The notes beneath the pieces were generated by a model that saw nothing but the letters and a program-made list of their open reading frames with translations, did no database searches and was not told where the DNA came from. A DNA stretch of 59,031 nt, the filler included, from Sphacelaria rigidula (lineage: Eukaryota): assembly GCA_964200075.2 (NCBI GenBank). It is 9 parts of 9 records of this genome, joined end to end, with 100 filler letters (N's around TTAATTAATTAA, not from the genome) between each part and the next. Parts side by side here need not be neighbours in the genome. Positions count along the whole stretch, not along the records: positions 26,282 to 32,751 come from CAXNAA020019879.1; positions 32,852 to 39,321 come from CAXNAA020019880.1; 7 more parts are not named here. One strand, 5' to 3'. How positions within the stretch are numbered: the stretch's first letter is position 1; each line of letters begins with the position of its first letter. The translations under genes and the position numbers were made by a program. Positions 26,413-38,740 of the stretch are shown here, one piece after another.

Positions 26413-27540
26413 GTCGTTGCCATCAACAAGCACTTGTTGCCATACATCAACATAATCCGAAATCACACTCGTGATATCAACCCATACATGACATCTCGAT
26501 GGTATCCCGACCTATCTTCGCTCACCAAACATGATGAAAAGGCCGACGATATCGTGAAGTAATGTGGGGAGTGGGGTTTCGGGAGCAGATACCCGAAGCC
26601 GACTTCGGCAGGTGCGGTTGAGGCACAAAGTCGGGAAAGAAAGTCACTACACAGGGCAGGAAAGGGCACCAAGCAGGGTCGTGGTTGAGATTGCGCACGA
26701 CAACATCGTCAATGTACCTAGCCAAATAAGCTCTGTATTGTCTCCCCGGGACAAGTCTACTTTTCCGATTCGCTCGGCCACGAGGTTGCCAGAACGGCCT
26801 ATGAAAAAAAATTCAACTGGACATTAAAATATGTGATGCCATATGGTCTCAGCATTTTTGTGTGTCCAGTTGGAATTCTGTTTAAAAGCCGTTCTCGAAC
26901 ACCTCGGAGCCGAGTAAATAGGAAAAGTGAGCTAGACTACTCTCAAGCGAGGGAGTGCAAATTGTCCAAGAAACCTGGCGGCGACATTCCCTGTTTGGGG
27001 GGCAAAATCTGTGCGCATGTCCCGAAATTAGAAAATTCGACCAAAAAGAGATGGCGTAACCCTGCCCCCAACATTTTGTGACGTTTCCGGCTCAGGGTCC
27101 GTACATGGGGGCGATTTTGTAGCGAGTTGAATTATTTGCGCGAAGCGCGATCGTAGCCAAGCGTTCAAGATCGGCACCTACCAAGCACTGAGGACCCGTT
27201 GAAAATCAGGCGAAGAACTAGGATATCGGACTTGTCCTGTTTTACTTTACAGTAGCACAAGCACTCTCACGTCCTCTCTCATGTGCTGTAGCTATAGCTG
27301 TTCTGTGGTGTGACCTTGCGAAGACGGTTTGGTTTCCGCTGAGATTGCCTGAGCTCTCTCTGTAAAATATAGTATCACTCGAAGCGCAGTACTGTCTACA
27401 AACTGACTTGTCTGTTGAAATATTCAGGGTGTGTTGACTGTTTCGTCTTCCGTAAAACCAACAAGGTGTTGCCCAGACCCATCCTTTGCGCGATACCGAA
27501 CATTGCTAGGTAAAGACACACAAACAGCGCCGGTATTCAC

Positions 27541-27750
27541 CGCTCGACCGGCTGGGTAAGACCCCGTGCTCCGATTAAAGAAGCAACCCACAGCATAGTG
27601 CGGATATTCTCCACCGCCAGGGTACTGATAGCACCGGTCAGCATGGCGGCCGCTGCCTCTGGCATTGGCGCCAGCGCTCGCGGCCACGGAAAGACACAAA
27701 CAGCCGTACTACGATGGGGATATACCGAAACACGACCAAAGGGATGCCCC
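27541..27750 (-). CDS. Possible downstream exon of the minus-strand gene
   Basis: Open frame ..AAAAMLTGAISTLAVENIRTMLWVASLIGARG.. ending at a GTGAAT donor-like site. Acceptor uncertain. Confidence 0.3.
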
Positions 27751-28118
27751 CTGCGGCGGCAATGTACCACTCGCCGTCTGCTTGTCTGCTCGCAGATTCG
27801 TTTCTCTGCTGCTGCTCTATCCGTCCCGGCGCGACTGTTCACTCATGAACTGTAGTATTAATATGTACACTATAGGTGTAACTCGAGTCTGCGAGCTGAT
27901 CACAAGCATTTTTACATGATTCACTGATTTTTGCCATGTGATTCGTCACTTCGGCGCAGCAAAACCCGACAACTTCCGCAATTCGGGGGAACACACCGGT
28001 CACGATCGATACAGCCAGAGCCGGAGGTGGACGCTATTAAGGCGATTTTGTGATATGTTGGGGCCAGGTGCAAACGAAGCCCACAGGTGCAGCACAACAT
28101 TTACGTGTATTTTCTCAC

Positions 28119-28823
28119 CTCATTCCGCAACCGCTGTACTCGCTCGCGTAGCTTCTCCCCAGTTAACAGCAGCAGCTCCGGGCACCGCACCAGCATATCT
28201 TTCGCAGTTGTTTCTTGATGGCCGCCGCCAATACTATCGCCACCCCCCTTGTCCTCTTCTCTATCCCCCTGCTGAGCGACCATCCATAGGACGGCATCTA
28301 GAAGTTCGCGCAATTGGGCTTCAGCTGCATTGCGCTGTTGCGCAGGGGTGGCGGTAGATGTGCTCGCGGATAATCGCCTCTGCAGCTCCTCGGTAACCCC
28401 AGTGTTTCCGACGATCATGTTTATGTCGCTGTGCGAGAAATCCAGAGACGTCTGTTGGCGAAGAAGGAATTCTTGGATCAGCTTTTCTCGGGGTTGCCGT
28501 TGTAGTGGTGGTGGTGGCGACGGCGGCGGCGTTGATGTCCTTGACGTCATTTGTGCTGATGGTGTTTCAGTAGCAGAAGTGGATGCGTCGGGTGTTGTTG
28601 ATGTTGCAAGTGGTGCCGACCATGATCCTTCTCTATTGGATGCAGTCAACAGCGGCGCCATTGTTGACGTTTTGCACTCGGCTCTTGTGAGCACTCCGAT
28701 TTTCGACACAATATGCTCTTGATAGTGTCGCTGCCACGGAAACAGTTGCAGACCACTGGGAATATATCCATGCCGAGTCAGCGAAGGAGTGAAGCTCACG
28801 AAACATGCCGCGGAGAGCCACAT
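28119..28823 (-). CDS. Probable first exon of an unknown, possibly organelle-targeted protein (weakly mTERF-like)
   Basis: Long open frame with a hydrophobic N-terminus and S/T/P-rich region, ending DMLVRCPELLLLTGEKLRERVQRLRNE at a GAG|GTGAG donor. Start codon uncertain. Confidence 0.55.
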
Positions 28824-29214
28824 GAAAAAGCCGCATAATGTGCTACGAGTCTGCACAGCAGCAGCTGTAGCCAATTTGGAAAATAACAACGCCTCACGAG
28901 TGGAAAATGGCGATAGAGTATCTCCTGAGTACTTGTGCGAGAGAGCTTCCCCAGCAATATATTAGGTTGCATCCCACTAGAGATCTATCTGTATCAAGAA
29001 TCATGTACATCACGTACAATGCAGTACATATTACTAACGTTGTGGGGAATTGCGGTGTCGGGTGCGATCTGCTGCAGGCCGCGATGACGGTACGTGAAAG
29101 GCAAATAAAGTCCAGTGTGATTGGAAATAACTTGAAATGTGCAGTCAGTGCAGGGGCGACAACAGGCGAGAAGTTCAGTTACGTTGCACACTGAACCGCG
29201 TACCATTATGTGCA

Positions 29215-29448
29215 ATGGCCGAGGACCTCGATTTCGACTACGGTATCAGCCCTAATAAGCCAGTGGAAGATAATGCCGAGGATCAAGAGGAGGAAGAGGA
29301 GGAAGAGGAGGAGGGAGTCGGGGAAGATACCGGCGGCAGCGACGAGGCCGCCTTGAGAGCAGCGCTGCATTTCCAGGTTGGGGAAATATGCAGTGCGGAG
29401 ACGATGGGGAAGCCCATGACAGGGAGTGCAGTGTCTACCCTGGCAGAG
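29215..29448 (+). CDS. CENPS: First exon of centromere protein S / MHF1 (histone-fold)
   Basis: Acidic N-terminus, then LRAALHFQVGEIC...MTGSAVSTLAE, resembling CENP-S LKAAVHYTVGCLC...FSKQTIAAISE. Ends at a GAG|GT donor. Later exons not found. Confidence 0.75.
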
Positions 29449-29567
29449 GTGTGGCGGTGATCATTTTGCATGATGTACCTATGTACATGCCTGTGGAGAA
29501 AATCTGAACATGAGGCGAAATCGGAAGTCTCGTCAAAGCGTCGATCCGTGAACAATGGAAAAAAAAT

Positions 29568-30809
29568 CACACGTGTAACAGGACAGCTCATGAACTAGCT
29601 CATCAGCGGGCGGTAGCTCACTTGTAGCCAAACATGTACATGTGAGCTACGTCCGATAGCTCAACACAAGGTATACGTGCGCTGATGAGCTACGAGTTGG
29701 TAGCTCACCCAGGACAAATATGCGTAGTTCATGTAGCTGTCATAGCTCACCCAAGACGAATCTGAGCTGATGAGCTACGGGTTGGTAGCTCACCTACCGC
29801 AAACGTGTGTAACTCATACAGATCCCACAGCTCACCCAGGGCGAATATGAGTTGATGAGCTACGGGTTGATCGCTCACCCAGGGAAAACATATGCGGATG
29901 AGCTACGCTCGATAGCTCACCCAAGGCAAACATGTGTAGCTCACGCAGCTCTCGTGGCTCACCCGGGGAAAACACGAGCGGATAAGCTACGCCCGGTAGC
30001 TCACCCCAGGGACACATGATCGTGGCTCACTCCCGTCATATGCCTAGCTCGCCGCTGGTCAACCCCGTGTCGCTCACGGTGTAACATTTTTGTTCGAACA
30101 GATGGCGCCACATATCGTTAGGTTGTGATGTTTTGCCTCACTCCTCGCGATAGGTAAAAAAGAAGCCAACACATATCCTCGTTCGCTTGGTCGCGTGCCT
30201 AAAAAAAGTATCAATATTCAGTGTCTACAATAATCGACCGATTCATTTCTTTTGATCGATTGGCCGCGAGGGTACGAGTCCATCTAGCCATGCATACGTT
30301 TTTCAGTTGAAATCGGAGCCGATTCAATAGATTACTTATGCTCACCGTCAAGGGGTTAGCCCTTTGACCGCGAGGGTTGGCGATCTGATCAGTCAGCATA
30401 ATTAACTTTATTTTTCGGGTGTGAATGATGCCGATTCAGAGACCTCCTACCCTCGCGGTCAAACGGATAAACAATCGTAGCTCTCATAGCTCATCCAGGG
30501 CAAACATGTGTAGCTCATGCAGCTCTCATTGGTCATCCAGGGCAAACATGTGTAGCTCTTGCAGCTCTCATAGCTCATGCGGGGCAAACATGCGTAGCTC
30601 ATGCAGCTCTCATAGCTCACCCAGGGCGAATATGAGCTGATGAGCTACGAGTTGGTAGCTCACCCAGGAAGAATATGAGCTTATGAGCTACGGGTTGGTA
30701 ATTACCTATCGCAAACGTGCGTAGCTCATACAGCTCTCATAGCTCACTAGGGAGCTACGCTCAAAAAGAGCTAGCTCGAGCTATAGGGAGCTGATCTGTC
30801 TGACGTGTG
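29568..30809. mobile_element. Second AGCT-array TIR element, opposite orientation, in the putative CENP-S intron
   Basis: Ends CACACGT..AGGACAG and CTGTCTGACGTGTG. Same arrays as 3113-4665. TSD degenerate (A-rich). Confidence 0.85.
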
Positions 30810-31204
30810 GAAAAATATGGAATTTGTATTCTCTTGGACTTTTCTACTTTTGGGGTTTAGAACCATTCCGTTGTCACAACACAAAACGCCCTTTTCATGA
30901 ACATGTGGATATTTGTCATCTATATAGAAAATAGTAACGGAGAACCCCTGACCAGTTTTGACCCTGCAGTCAATTGTGTGCAAAGTCGGTGTGCATGTGT
31001 GCTTCATGTCTTCACTGGATACAACGGCAAGCGACAGTATAAGGGTGCCATCGCTCTCTACTGAACACAATTCACTGCATGCTGCTGATGCCTCTGCCTA
31101 GTGCTCAACAACAATACTACAGGCAGTGTGAAGCTACGCTGGGAGCACATGAGGAGTCAGGCAGGCGGCGTAGACCACGGACAGAATACAAAACAACTTG
31201 TTTG

Positions 31205-31605
31205 TACCCATCTATGCTTGATTTCCCATGACCAAAATGAGTCGTGGGGGTAGACAGTGGATGAGTCCAATGTAGTCCACCCAAACCGGAAGAACGTGCT
31301 CATTTTGACGACCGTGATTGGTCAGAATGGGCATCCCGCGCTTCTTGGGCCTCGTGCACGGCTCATAATTTTCCGCGGGAAACTTTCAAACACACATGGT
31401 TGACTTGGTAAACTTTTCGGCTCCTCTTCGAACAGGCACCCCCCGTCTCGAAAGGGATGCGTGGTCAATGATCAAACGACTAAGGCAAGCAACAAAGTAG
31501 TACCCTCCCTCAAAAACCGAACCCCCCGGCCACTGGAAACCCCCGGATGTCTCCGGACTTTCAGCCTCTGAAACTTTTTCGAGGCGACGCTCGCTGTCTA
31601 GGGGT
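31205..31605 (+). mobile_element. piggyBac-like MITE end with a family A tail inserted in its C-run
   Basis: Colinear with ~33075-33613 except for an insert at ~31443-31503. Confidence 0.8.
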
Positions 31606-32299
31606 TTACCAGGGATCTGTCGGGAGAAGAGTTTTGAACAGGTAGCCGCTTCCCAGGGCCTTGTCCCCCCCCCCTACCGTAAGGCATTTTTTCGAAAATT
31701 GTCATGATTTTTTTATTTTTCGTGTTTCATATTTTGGGAGACATTGATCAAGAACCACTGGCGAAAACCGAAAAGTCTGATGGACATTGCGAGGTTCGTA
31801 TATTAGCTTCCGCTCCTTGACTGCTCTGTCCCGATGAACTCGGATGTCAGCGATGCTCACACACATGTATGCACCCGAGTGCACGGCAGCGACAGCCTGT
31901 GCCAAAGTAGTAATAGTATTTCTCACGCCTCGCCAAACTTGCCCGAACTATTGGTGGGTACTCGAGGCACACGACGCGGAACATTATCCCGTAAATGTAA
32001 TCATGGTAAATGATGAACTTGGGGAGGGCTGCGTGTCCGCCATCTCAGCGGTCTCCAGGCCAAGGGTCTCTGTACAGGGGAGCTGACCACATCCGCCAAC
32101 GCCTCGGCTCTAAACTAGGGGACAGGGCAATCGCCAAAAACCGGTATACCGACGGTATTTTCGCCAACATCCGGTATAGCTCACACCCTCCCTCAGGAAA
32201 GCTACTAATGCAGCCGCCTGATTGGCCACATCCCGCCGCGTGCGCATTCTGGCGAAAAAACACACGGTATCCCTGTTTGGGGAAACTCAATTTGGCTTT

Positions 32300-32383
32300 C
32301 ACCGGTTTTTGGCGATCGAGACGGGTCTCACCGGTTTTTGGCGATCGAGACGGGTCTCACCGGTTTTTGGCGATCGAGACGGT
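32300..32383. repeat. 29-bp tandem repeat, about three copies
   Basis: CACCGGTTTTTGGCGATCGAGACGGGTCT repeated. An inverted partial copy ATCGCCAAAAACCGGT lies at ~32130. Confidence 0.9.
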
Positions 32384-33074
32384 AATGCTCAAGTTCCCGG
32401 CCAGCCCCAAAACACACACGGTACCATATTCTATGTTACGTTTCGACGGCTGGGTTGGAGATAATAATATCCGGAGTTTCGTTTCGTCTATCCGATCACC
32501 CGCCGTCCTGGAGCTTTGCCCGTCAATCCGACAGCAAGCACGCTTTGTCAATCCGTCAACGAACACGCCTTGTCGACGACCGACAAAGCACGTGGTAATC
32601 CACGGGTTTGAAGAAAACCTTCAGTTGAAAGCACACGGCGCCTTGTGTACTCCTGGCTGGCTGTCACGAGCCCACGAACTCACGACCGAGACCAACACGC
32701 CGAATAATACCTCTTTGCAGGACCATGCAAACTCCATCCAACTCATTCTCANNNNNNNNNNNNNNNNNNNNNNNNNNNNNNNNNNNNNNNNNNNNTTAAT
32801 TAATTAANNNNNNNNNNNNNNNNNNNNNNNNNNNNNNNNNNNNNNNNNNNNAACGCCCCTGTCTACCGTAGAGCAATTGCTCGGCGATGGCGGTCGCCTC
32901 ACCGTCGAAGTACTTGTCTACATCTACGTGCGTCGGGTATTCGTCGCCGCCGCTCGCATGTTGCACCATGACGTTTTATACCAGATGGAGGTGTGGAGCA
33001 AGTACGACGCTCGGGCAGTACTGAGCAGACAGACACAGGGTACCGAAGATGCTCGAACACCTACTTTTTGGTTA

Positions 33075-33613
33075 TATCATCTATGATTGATTTGGCATGC
33101 TCAAATGAGATTTGAGGGTAGACAGCGAATGTGTCTACCAGGTGAAATGTGCTCATTTTGACGACCATGATTGGTCGGAATTGTAATGCGTGAGAGGACC
33201 GCGTTCCTAGAGGACCGCGCCGTAGTCCGAAACACCCCAGGATCGACGTTTTCGAAACCAATCGGGCCAGTTCCTGCAGGAACCACGCCACGGACCCTAA
33301 CCCCAAAACTAACCCTAACCCTAACCCCAACCATAGGGATGTTCAAATTCAGGTGCGGTCCTCTAAGCACGCGGTCCTCTCACGCATTACAAGAATGGTC
33401 ATCCCGCGTCTCTCAGGCCTCGTGCACGGCTCATAATTTTCCGCGCGAAACTTCCTAACATAGATGGTCGACTTCATGAGCTTCTTTCATGCTCCGCGGA
33501 GAGACACCCCCCCCCCCTCGAAAACCCCCCCCTCCCGAGCTCTGGAAACCCCCGGATTTCTCGGAACTGTCAGCCTGTACAACTGTTCCGAGGCGACGCT
33601 CGTCGTCTAAGGG
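33075..33613 (+). mobile_element. piggyBac-like MITE end with nested TGTAATGCG MITE (33182-33391)
   Basis: Ends GTCTAAGGG|TTAA. Homolog of 31205-31605. Confidence 0.8.
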
Positions 33614-35303
33614 TTAAAGCCTACGATGCACACAGGAATACATTATTCTTGCGGCCAAATAACATGGTACTGTACTCATGGGTGGCGATGCCGGGTCCAT
33701 CTCCAGTTTGCCTTCTTCGTGCCTGACAGAAAGTTTTTGTGTGTCCTCGACCTGAGTTGTTCAAAGATTGTCGGCCTTCCCCCTAAGTTAATCCTATCGG
33801 CGGGACGAAGCCTGCGCCAAGCGTGAGTCGCCTCCGTGTTGATGACGTTACAGTGCTCGAAATTCGTCGTTTTGTATACAAACCTATCTTTTTCCACGTC
33901 TCCCGCTTTCGAACGTGGATACGTGGATACACGGGGCTGGCAGAATCCCGAGGTTGTTGGTTGACGTGCGTGTACTTGTTTCAGTTGTCCGGCACGCGAA
34001 GGCCCGAGGCTTCGCGCAAAACCACGAGGGCTTCCTCGTGAGTGGTGTCGCTCACGGTAGTCCTCTTCAGGGATTTATACGGTTGACTGAATGTGGAGTA
34101 GGTCGTGCTGCGGACAGGAGAGTGGGCGCCATGGTCCTCGTGCTTGCCGACGTGCTGCTCCTGCTGCTCCTGCTATGTGCGATGCAGGTTGCTGGTCACC
34201 AGCAACAGCAGCCTCCTAGGCTCAGCAGAGAATGTGGCATTGCCATCGCGCGCCTGTCCTGCTGCGCTTCTGTTGATGGAGGTTTCGGTGTCAATCGTGT
34301 TGCTATCAGCGGGAGCGCCCCACGACGACTGACGAGGCCAGCTCGGCTGTCGCCGTCCCTCGTGCCGTGACGGCAGGGTCGACCGGGTGTCACTCGTGCA
34401 ATATTCACCATGGGGCTGGATTGTTGCAATCAGCTAATGTGAGATAATCAAGCAATCAATCATCAATCAAATATGAACTACTGACATTGACGGCGACCCA
34501 TCTCTCGTGCTTCCTCTTGTTGTGTGAGGCACGAGAACTTCTGTATCATCCCCCATGTCAGCAACGCAGCGGAGCCTTGGCTGTAAAGACGGTGTGTCGT
34601 GTCTGCGGCGAAGGTAAAATTAAATGTGCCCCCCCCCCCCCCAAAGCGTAGGTCCCAACACACGGGCAGCAAGGAAAACATCCTGCTTTTTTCTTAAATC
34701 CTGCCATTTAGCAGGATTCTTGAATGAAGCAGGATGAATCTCCCTCAAAGATCCAGCTGAAATTCCTGGATTTTCCTGTAGTGATGACTCGCGGAACATC
34801 AAAGTTTTGGTCTTTTCCAAGAAAGGTCGCGAACTTATTTCCAACTTTCAACCATATGTATTGGAAAACGTGACGTGGCGATGCGCATTACACTAATACT
34901 TGGTGAAACTGTCAAATGAAAGCTGTTCATCACCGTTCTTCACCGTTCTTGGCGCCCCTTCACGTCATAAACCGGGGGGGATCTTCCTCAAAGATCCATT
35001 TGGAGAATCCTCGATGTCATTTCGGGATTTCCGTTGACTTATCTCAAACTCGTAGTCCAGGACATCCTGGACTATTCGTCCAATGATCCAGGATCGCCGA
35101 GTTTGAAATACCACTAGCAAGAGCTTGCACAGAAGAGAACAGATGCTTCCCCAAACCTGGGACAAGTACGGCTGGGAGCCCTACAGAACGTTGGTGCCCC
35201 TCAGAGTCAATGACCACGGTGTTCAGAACTCCTTTTGCTGTATCATGTAGTAGATGGCGTCCCGCTGTTCAAATAGTCATCGGTGGATCGAGTTTGACCA
35301 GCT

Positions 35304-35514
35304 TGTAATGCGTGAGAGGACCGCGTGCTTAGAGGACCGCATCGGAATTTGAACATTCCTATGGTTAGGGTTACGGTTAGGGTTGGTGTTGGGGTTAGGG
35401 TCAGGGGCGTGATCCCCGGAGGGACTTGCCCGATAGGTTTTAAAGAATGTCGATCCTGAGCTTTTTCGAACTACCATTTGGTCTTCTAAGCACGCGGTCC
35501 CCTCACGCACTGCA
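35304..35514. mobile_element. TGTAATGCG-TIR MITE with TTAGGG-like array
   Basis: Same TIR as 10482-11037. Internal GGTTAGGGTTACGGTTAGGGTT. Confidence 0.85.
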
Positions 35515-35519
35515 ATTTT

Positions 35520-38500
35520 TCTACTGTTCCTGAAATTGCCACAAAATCATCCGCAAACATCAATGCTGATACCATATCTTTACCCACCTTGACCCCTTGC
35601 TTCGCTGCTTCTATTGCGATTATCAAGTCGTTGGTAAATACCTTGAACAAAGTAGGTGATAACGTACATCATTGTGCAACTCCTTAAAAAGTATTGGGAT
35701 GTTTCGATATTTCCCCGTCTAGTATCATGGCACCTTTGGAACATTCTGTCATCTCCTTCACCATTCTCCACACATTTTCTCTGATCCAAGCTTCTCGCAA
35801 CTTTTTCCACAACACGTTTCTCCATACTGTCATAAGCCTTTTGCACGTCCAGAAAGGAACAGTACGTTGTCAGCCCGGCGTATTTCCTACCCTGAATAAT
35901 CTTTCTTAGTGTGTACACATGGTTTAACCAACGACGGTTTGGTCTAAATCCTGCTTGTCCCTGGCTGATTTTCTCTTCCTCTTCTAGCATCGTTCCTACT
36001 CTATCGTTCAGAATCTTACAGGATATTTTCCCTACCGTGCTCAGTAGCGTTATCTCTCTATTGTTTCCTGGGTTAGCCTTGTCTCTTTTTTTGAGAAGGT
36101 TGACGACTACTCCCTCTCTCCATCTCTTGGGTGTGTACTCGTTTCCCCAGATCCAGTTATACAGCATAACCATCACGGTAATCTCTCCCCCCCGTACTTG
36201 AAATTTTTCGTTCATTATTCCGTCCGCCCCTGCCGCCTTTCTGTTCTTGAGTTTAGCTATGCGCTCCTTTACTTCATATCTAGTGAACTCTCTCTGCAAT
36301 TCTTTGAAGCCACTATCCTCCCGTTTCGATGTCTCTACATTTACTTCTGCCCACGCGTTAATTTCCTATTCGAACTCTATGTCGAACTCCGTGGTTGTTT
36401 CTGATGTTCCTAGTTTACGGTTTTGCTCGACTAGCACTTCTCTCTTTCCCTGCGAACTACTGACCATTCACTGCTCCGTGTCCGGAGTGTAGCTATTCCC
36501 CTGTCCATCTCTCCTGCTTGATTTCTCGTCATCCCGTTTATTCCTGCCCACATTTGTTTGATCCCGCCAACGAAATCTTCATTTGCCTTATCTACTACAC
36601 CTTCCCATACTTCCTTCTTTTTCTGCTGTACCATATTTTTAATTTCCTTTCGAGCTTTAGTATACTCCTTCCATCTTACCGTAGTTTTTCTCGACATCCA
36701 CCTCGCGTGGGGCTCTCTCCTTACTCTGATAGCCTCTTTCCCTGCCCCATCCCACCATTTTACTGCTCTGTTGCATGCGATCAGTTTCCTCCCTATGACC
36801 TTACTCGCTGTGTTCTTGACCATCTGCTCCCATCCTTCTACGATCTTCGCTCCTGCCCGATATCTTTCCATTTCGGTATCCACTGTGCCTACGCGTTCCA
36901 ACAGCTCGAAACATTTCACTGCATTTTTGGCCATCTCTTCTTGGAACTCTTGGCGTTTTTCTTCCATATCTTGCTTATCTATTCTCCATTTGTACAACTT
37001 CCTACCCCGCCTACTTTTTTCAGCTCTCGTCTGTTGGCTTTCTGTCTATATTAAGCAATGATCTGTGGTTCCCACATCCTCTGCGCATACATATACTTCC
37101 ATTTCTTTACTATTTCGATGCTCCACCACTATATAGTCAAGAATGGGGTGTTCTCTCTTTCTTCCTTCGCATTCTCTCGTCCATGTCCATTGCGCCTCTG
37201 GTTTTTGTTGTTCATCGTTCATCATCTTCATCTCGTTATGCTCGAGGAACTTGAACATTTCTACCCCATTCGTGTTCTTCTCATCTTCCCCGTGTTGCCC
37301 AATAATATCATCCGGTTGACCTGCTCTTTCCACCCTTGCATTGAAATCTCCCACTAGCATTACTTCTCCTTGCCTTTTGTACTTCTATATATCTAACACC
37401 ATATTCGTGAGATTCAGAGTGTATTTTCAGATTCAGAGTCAGGATTCCAAACGGAAGAACTGCTTTCTTTGTGGTCAATTCTTATGCGAAACAGTTTGCG
37501 TCACTAGTCAACCAACCCGAGTAATAAACGTGCGTGTTTTCACAGCCTCCAATAATGTTGGTTGATTCATGACGCGAACTGTTTCGCATAAGAATCGACC
37601 ACAAAGAAAACAGTTCTTCCGTTTGAAATCCTGACTCTGAATCTGAAACTACACTCTGATTCTCACGAATATAGTGTTATCTGCTGCTCTCTCTCCAAGC
37701 CTCTGTGTATATCGTTCACCTTGCTCTTCGCTTCTGGGGGCATGTAGATGTTACCTATGAAGAAGTCCTTCGTTCCCCGCTTTCCTGGTACCCGCATCCA
37801 TATGATCTCGTCTAATTTCGTGTCGTCGATCACGCCTATAATGTCACACAGATATTCCTTGGCCAAGAATCCTCCTCCCCCCGCTTCCCTCTTCTTGGAC
37901 TTCTGTCCCTTCCGCTTCTTCCCCATCCATGCGTACTCTTCAATTTTGTATCCTATTTCCGTCCCCTCTGTCTCCCGTGACTCTTGGATTCCTCCTATAT
38001 CTAGGTCGTGTTTACTCACTTGTTGCGCTATCTCTTCTAGTTTGCGCTTGTCTGTGGCGAATCCACACACAGTTCACGATCCTATTCTTAACTTCCTTCC
38101 CGAATCATTATCTGCTCTCGTGTTGTCTACTGTTCTCTCTCTGTCGCTTTCACTTTTACTTTCCCTCGCTTGGTTGTTTTTCCCGTTTCTGCATTTGTTT
38201 TTGTCTATTTGCCTCGGGCCGCTATGTCCCCTCCCCTTCCCCTTCTGGACACTCACCTGTTCCTGCCTCTCTTCCCCTCTGTATACCCGTGCACGACGTC
38301 CTAGGTTCGTTGTTCCATTACCTATGCATACTCTCCACCCTACTCTTCTAATCCACGTCGACACCTTGCTTGTCTCTACGCAATCCCACTCCTTGCCCGC
38401 GCTATGTTTTAGCGTGACTCGGAAGTGTTTTCCCTCCCTTTTTACACACCCTCTTGCCAAACAGTATAGTCGAACTCCATTGTATTTCCGTTCAAACTCT

Positions 38501-38740
38501 ATTCTCGTCATATCGCCACGAAGTCCGAATAAGAGTACTACTAGTACTCTACCCGTCCACTCTTTACTTCTCCACCCGTCCTTCCTTACCGTCTCTCTCT
38601 CGATCTCTTTCGAGATAATCTCCAGCTTGTTCGTTTCAATTTTATTGGTGGGATGTAGTCAGCGCACTGAGACATCCCAATCCTACTACTCATTGGGGAT
38701 CAGGTGTCTTTCAGTGTTTTTGCTTGCTCACCGACATTAA
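35520..38740 (-). mobile_element. APE-RT LINE with apparent 5' region, 3'-truncated
   Basis: APE endonuclease motifs DLDIGGIQES, NIYMPP, LVGDFNARV, ILDYIVV and TDHCLI. RT motifs KRDKANPGNNREITLLSTVGK, QAGFRPNR and FLDVQKAYD. Short upstream ORF at 38074-38511. Confidence 0.92.
37395..37678. mobile_element. Hairpin MITE (~120-bp TIRs) with 4-bp TSD ATCT
   Basis: ATCT|AACACCATATTCGTGAG...CTCACGAATATAGTGTT|ATCT. Splits the LINE endonuclease. Confidence 0.9.

Noticed and set aside
32852..34450. GC-rich coding-like fragments on the minus strand
   Set aside because: They are interrupted by stops and I could not assign them to any family by eye.
37748..38740. 330-aa plus-strand ORF
   Set aside because: It is the antisense shadow of the purine-rich LINE coding strand.
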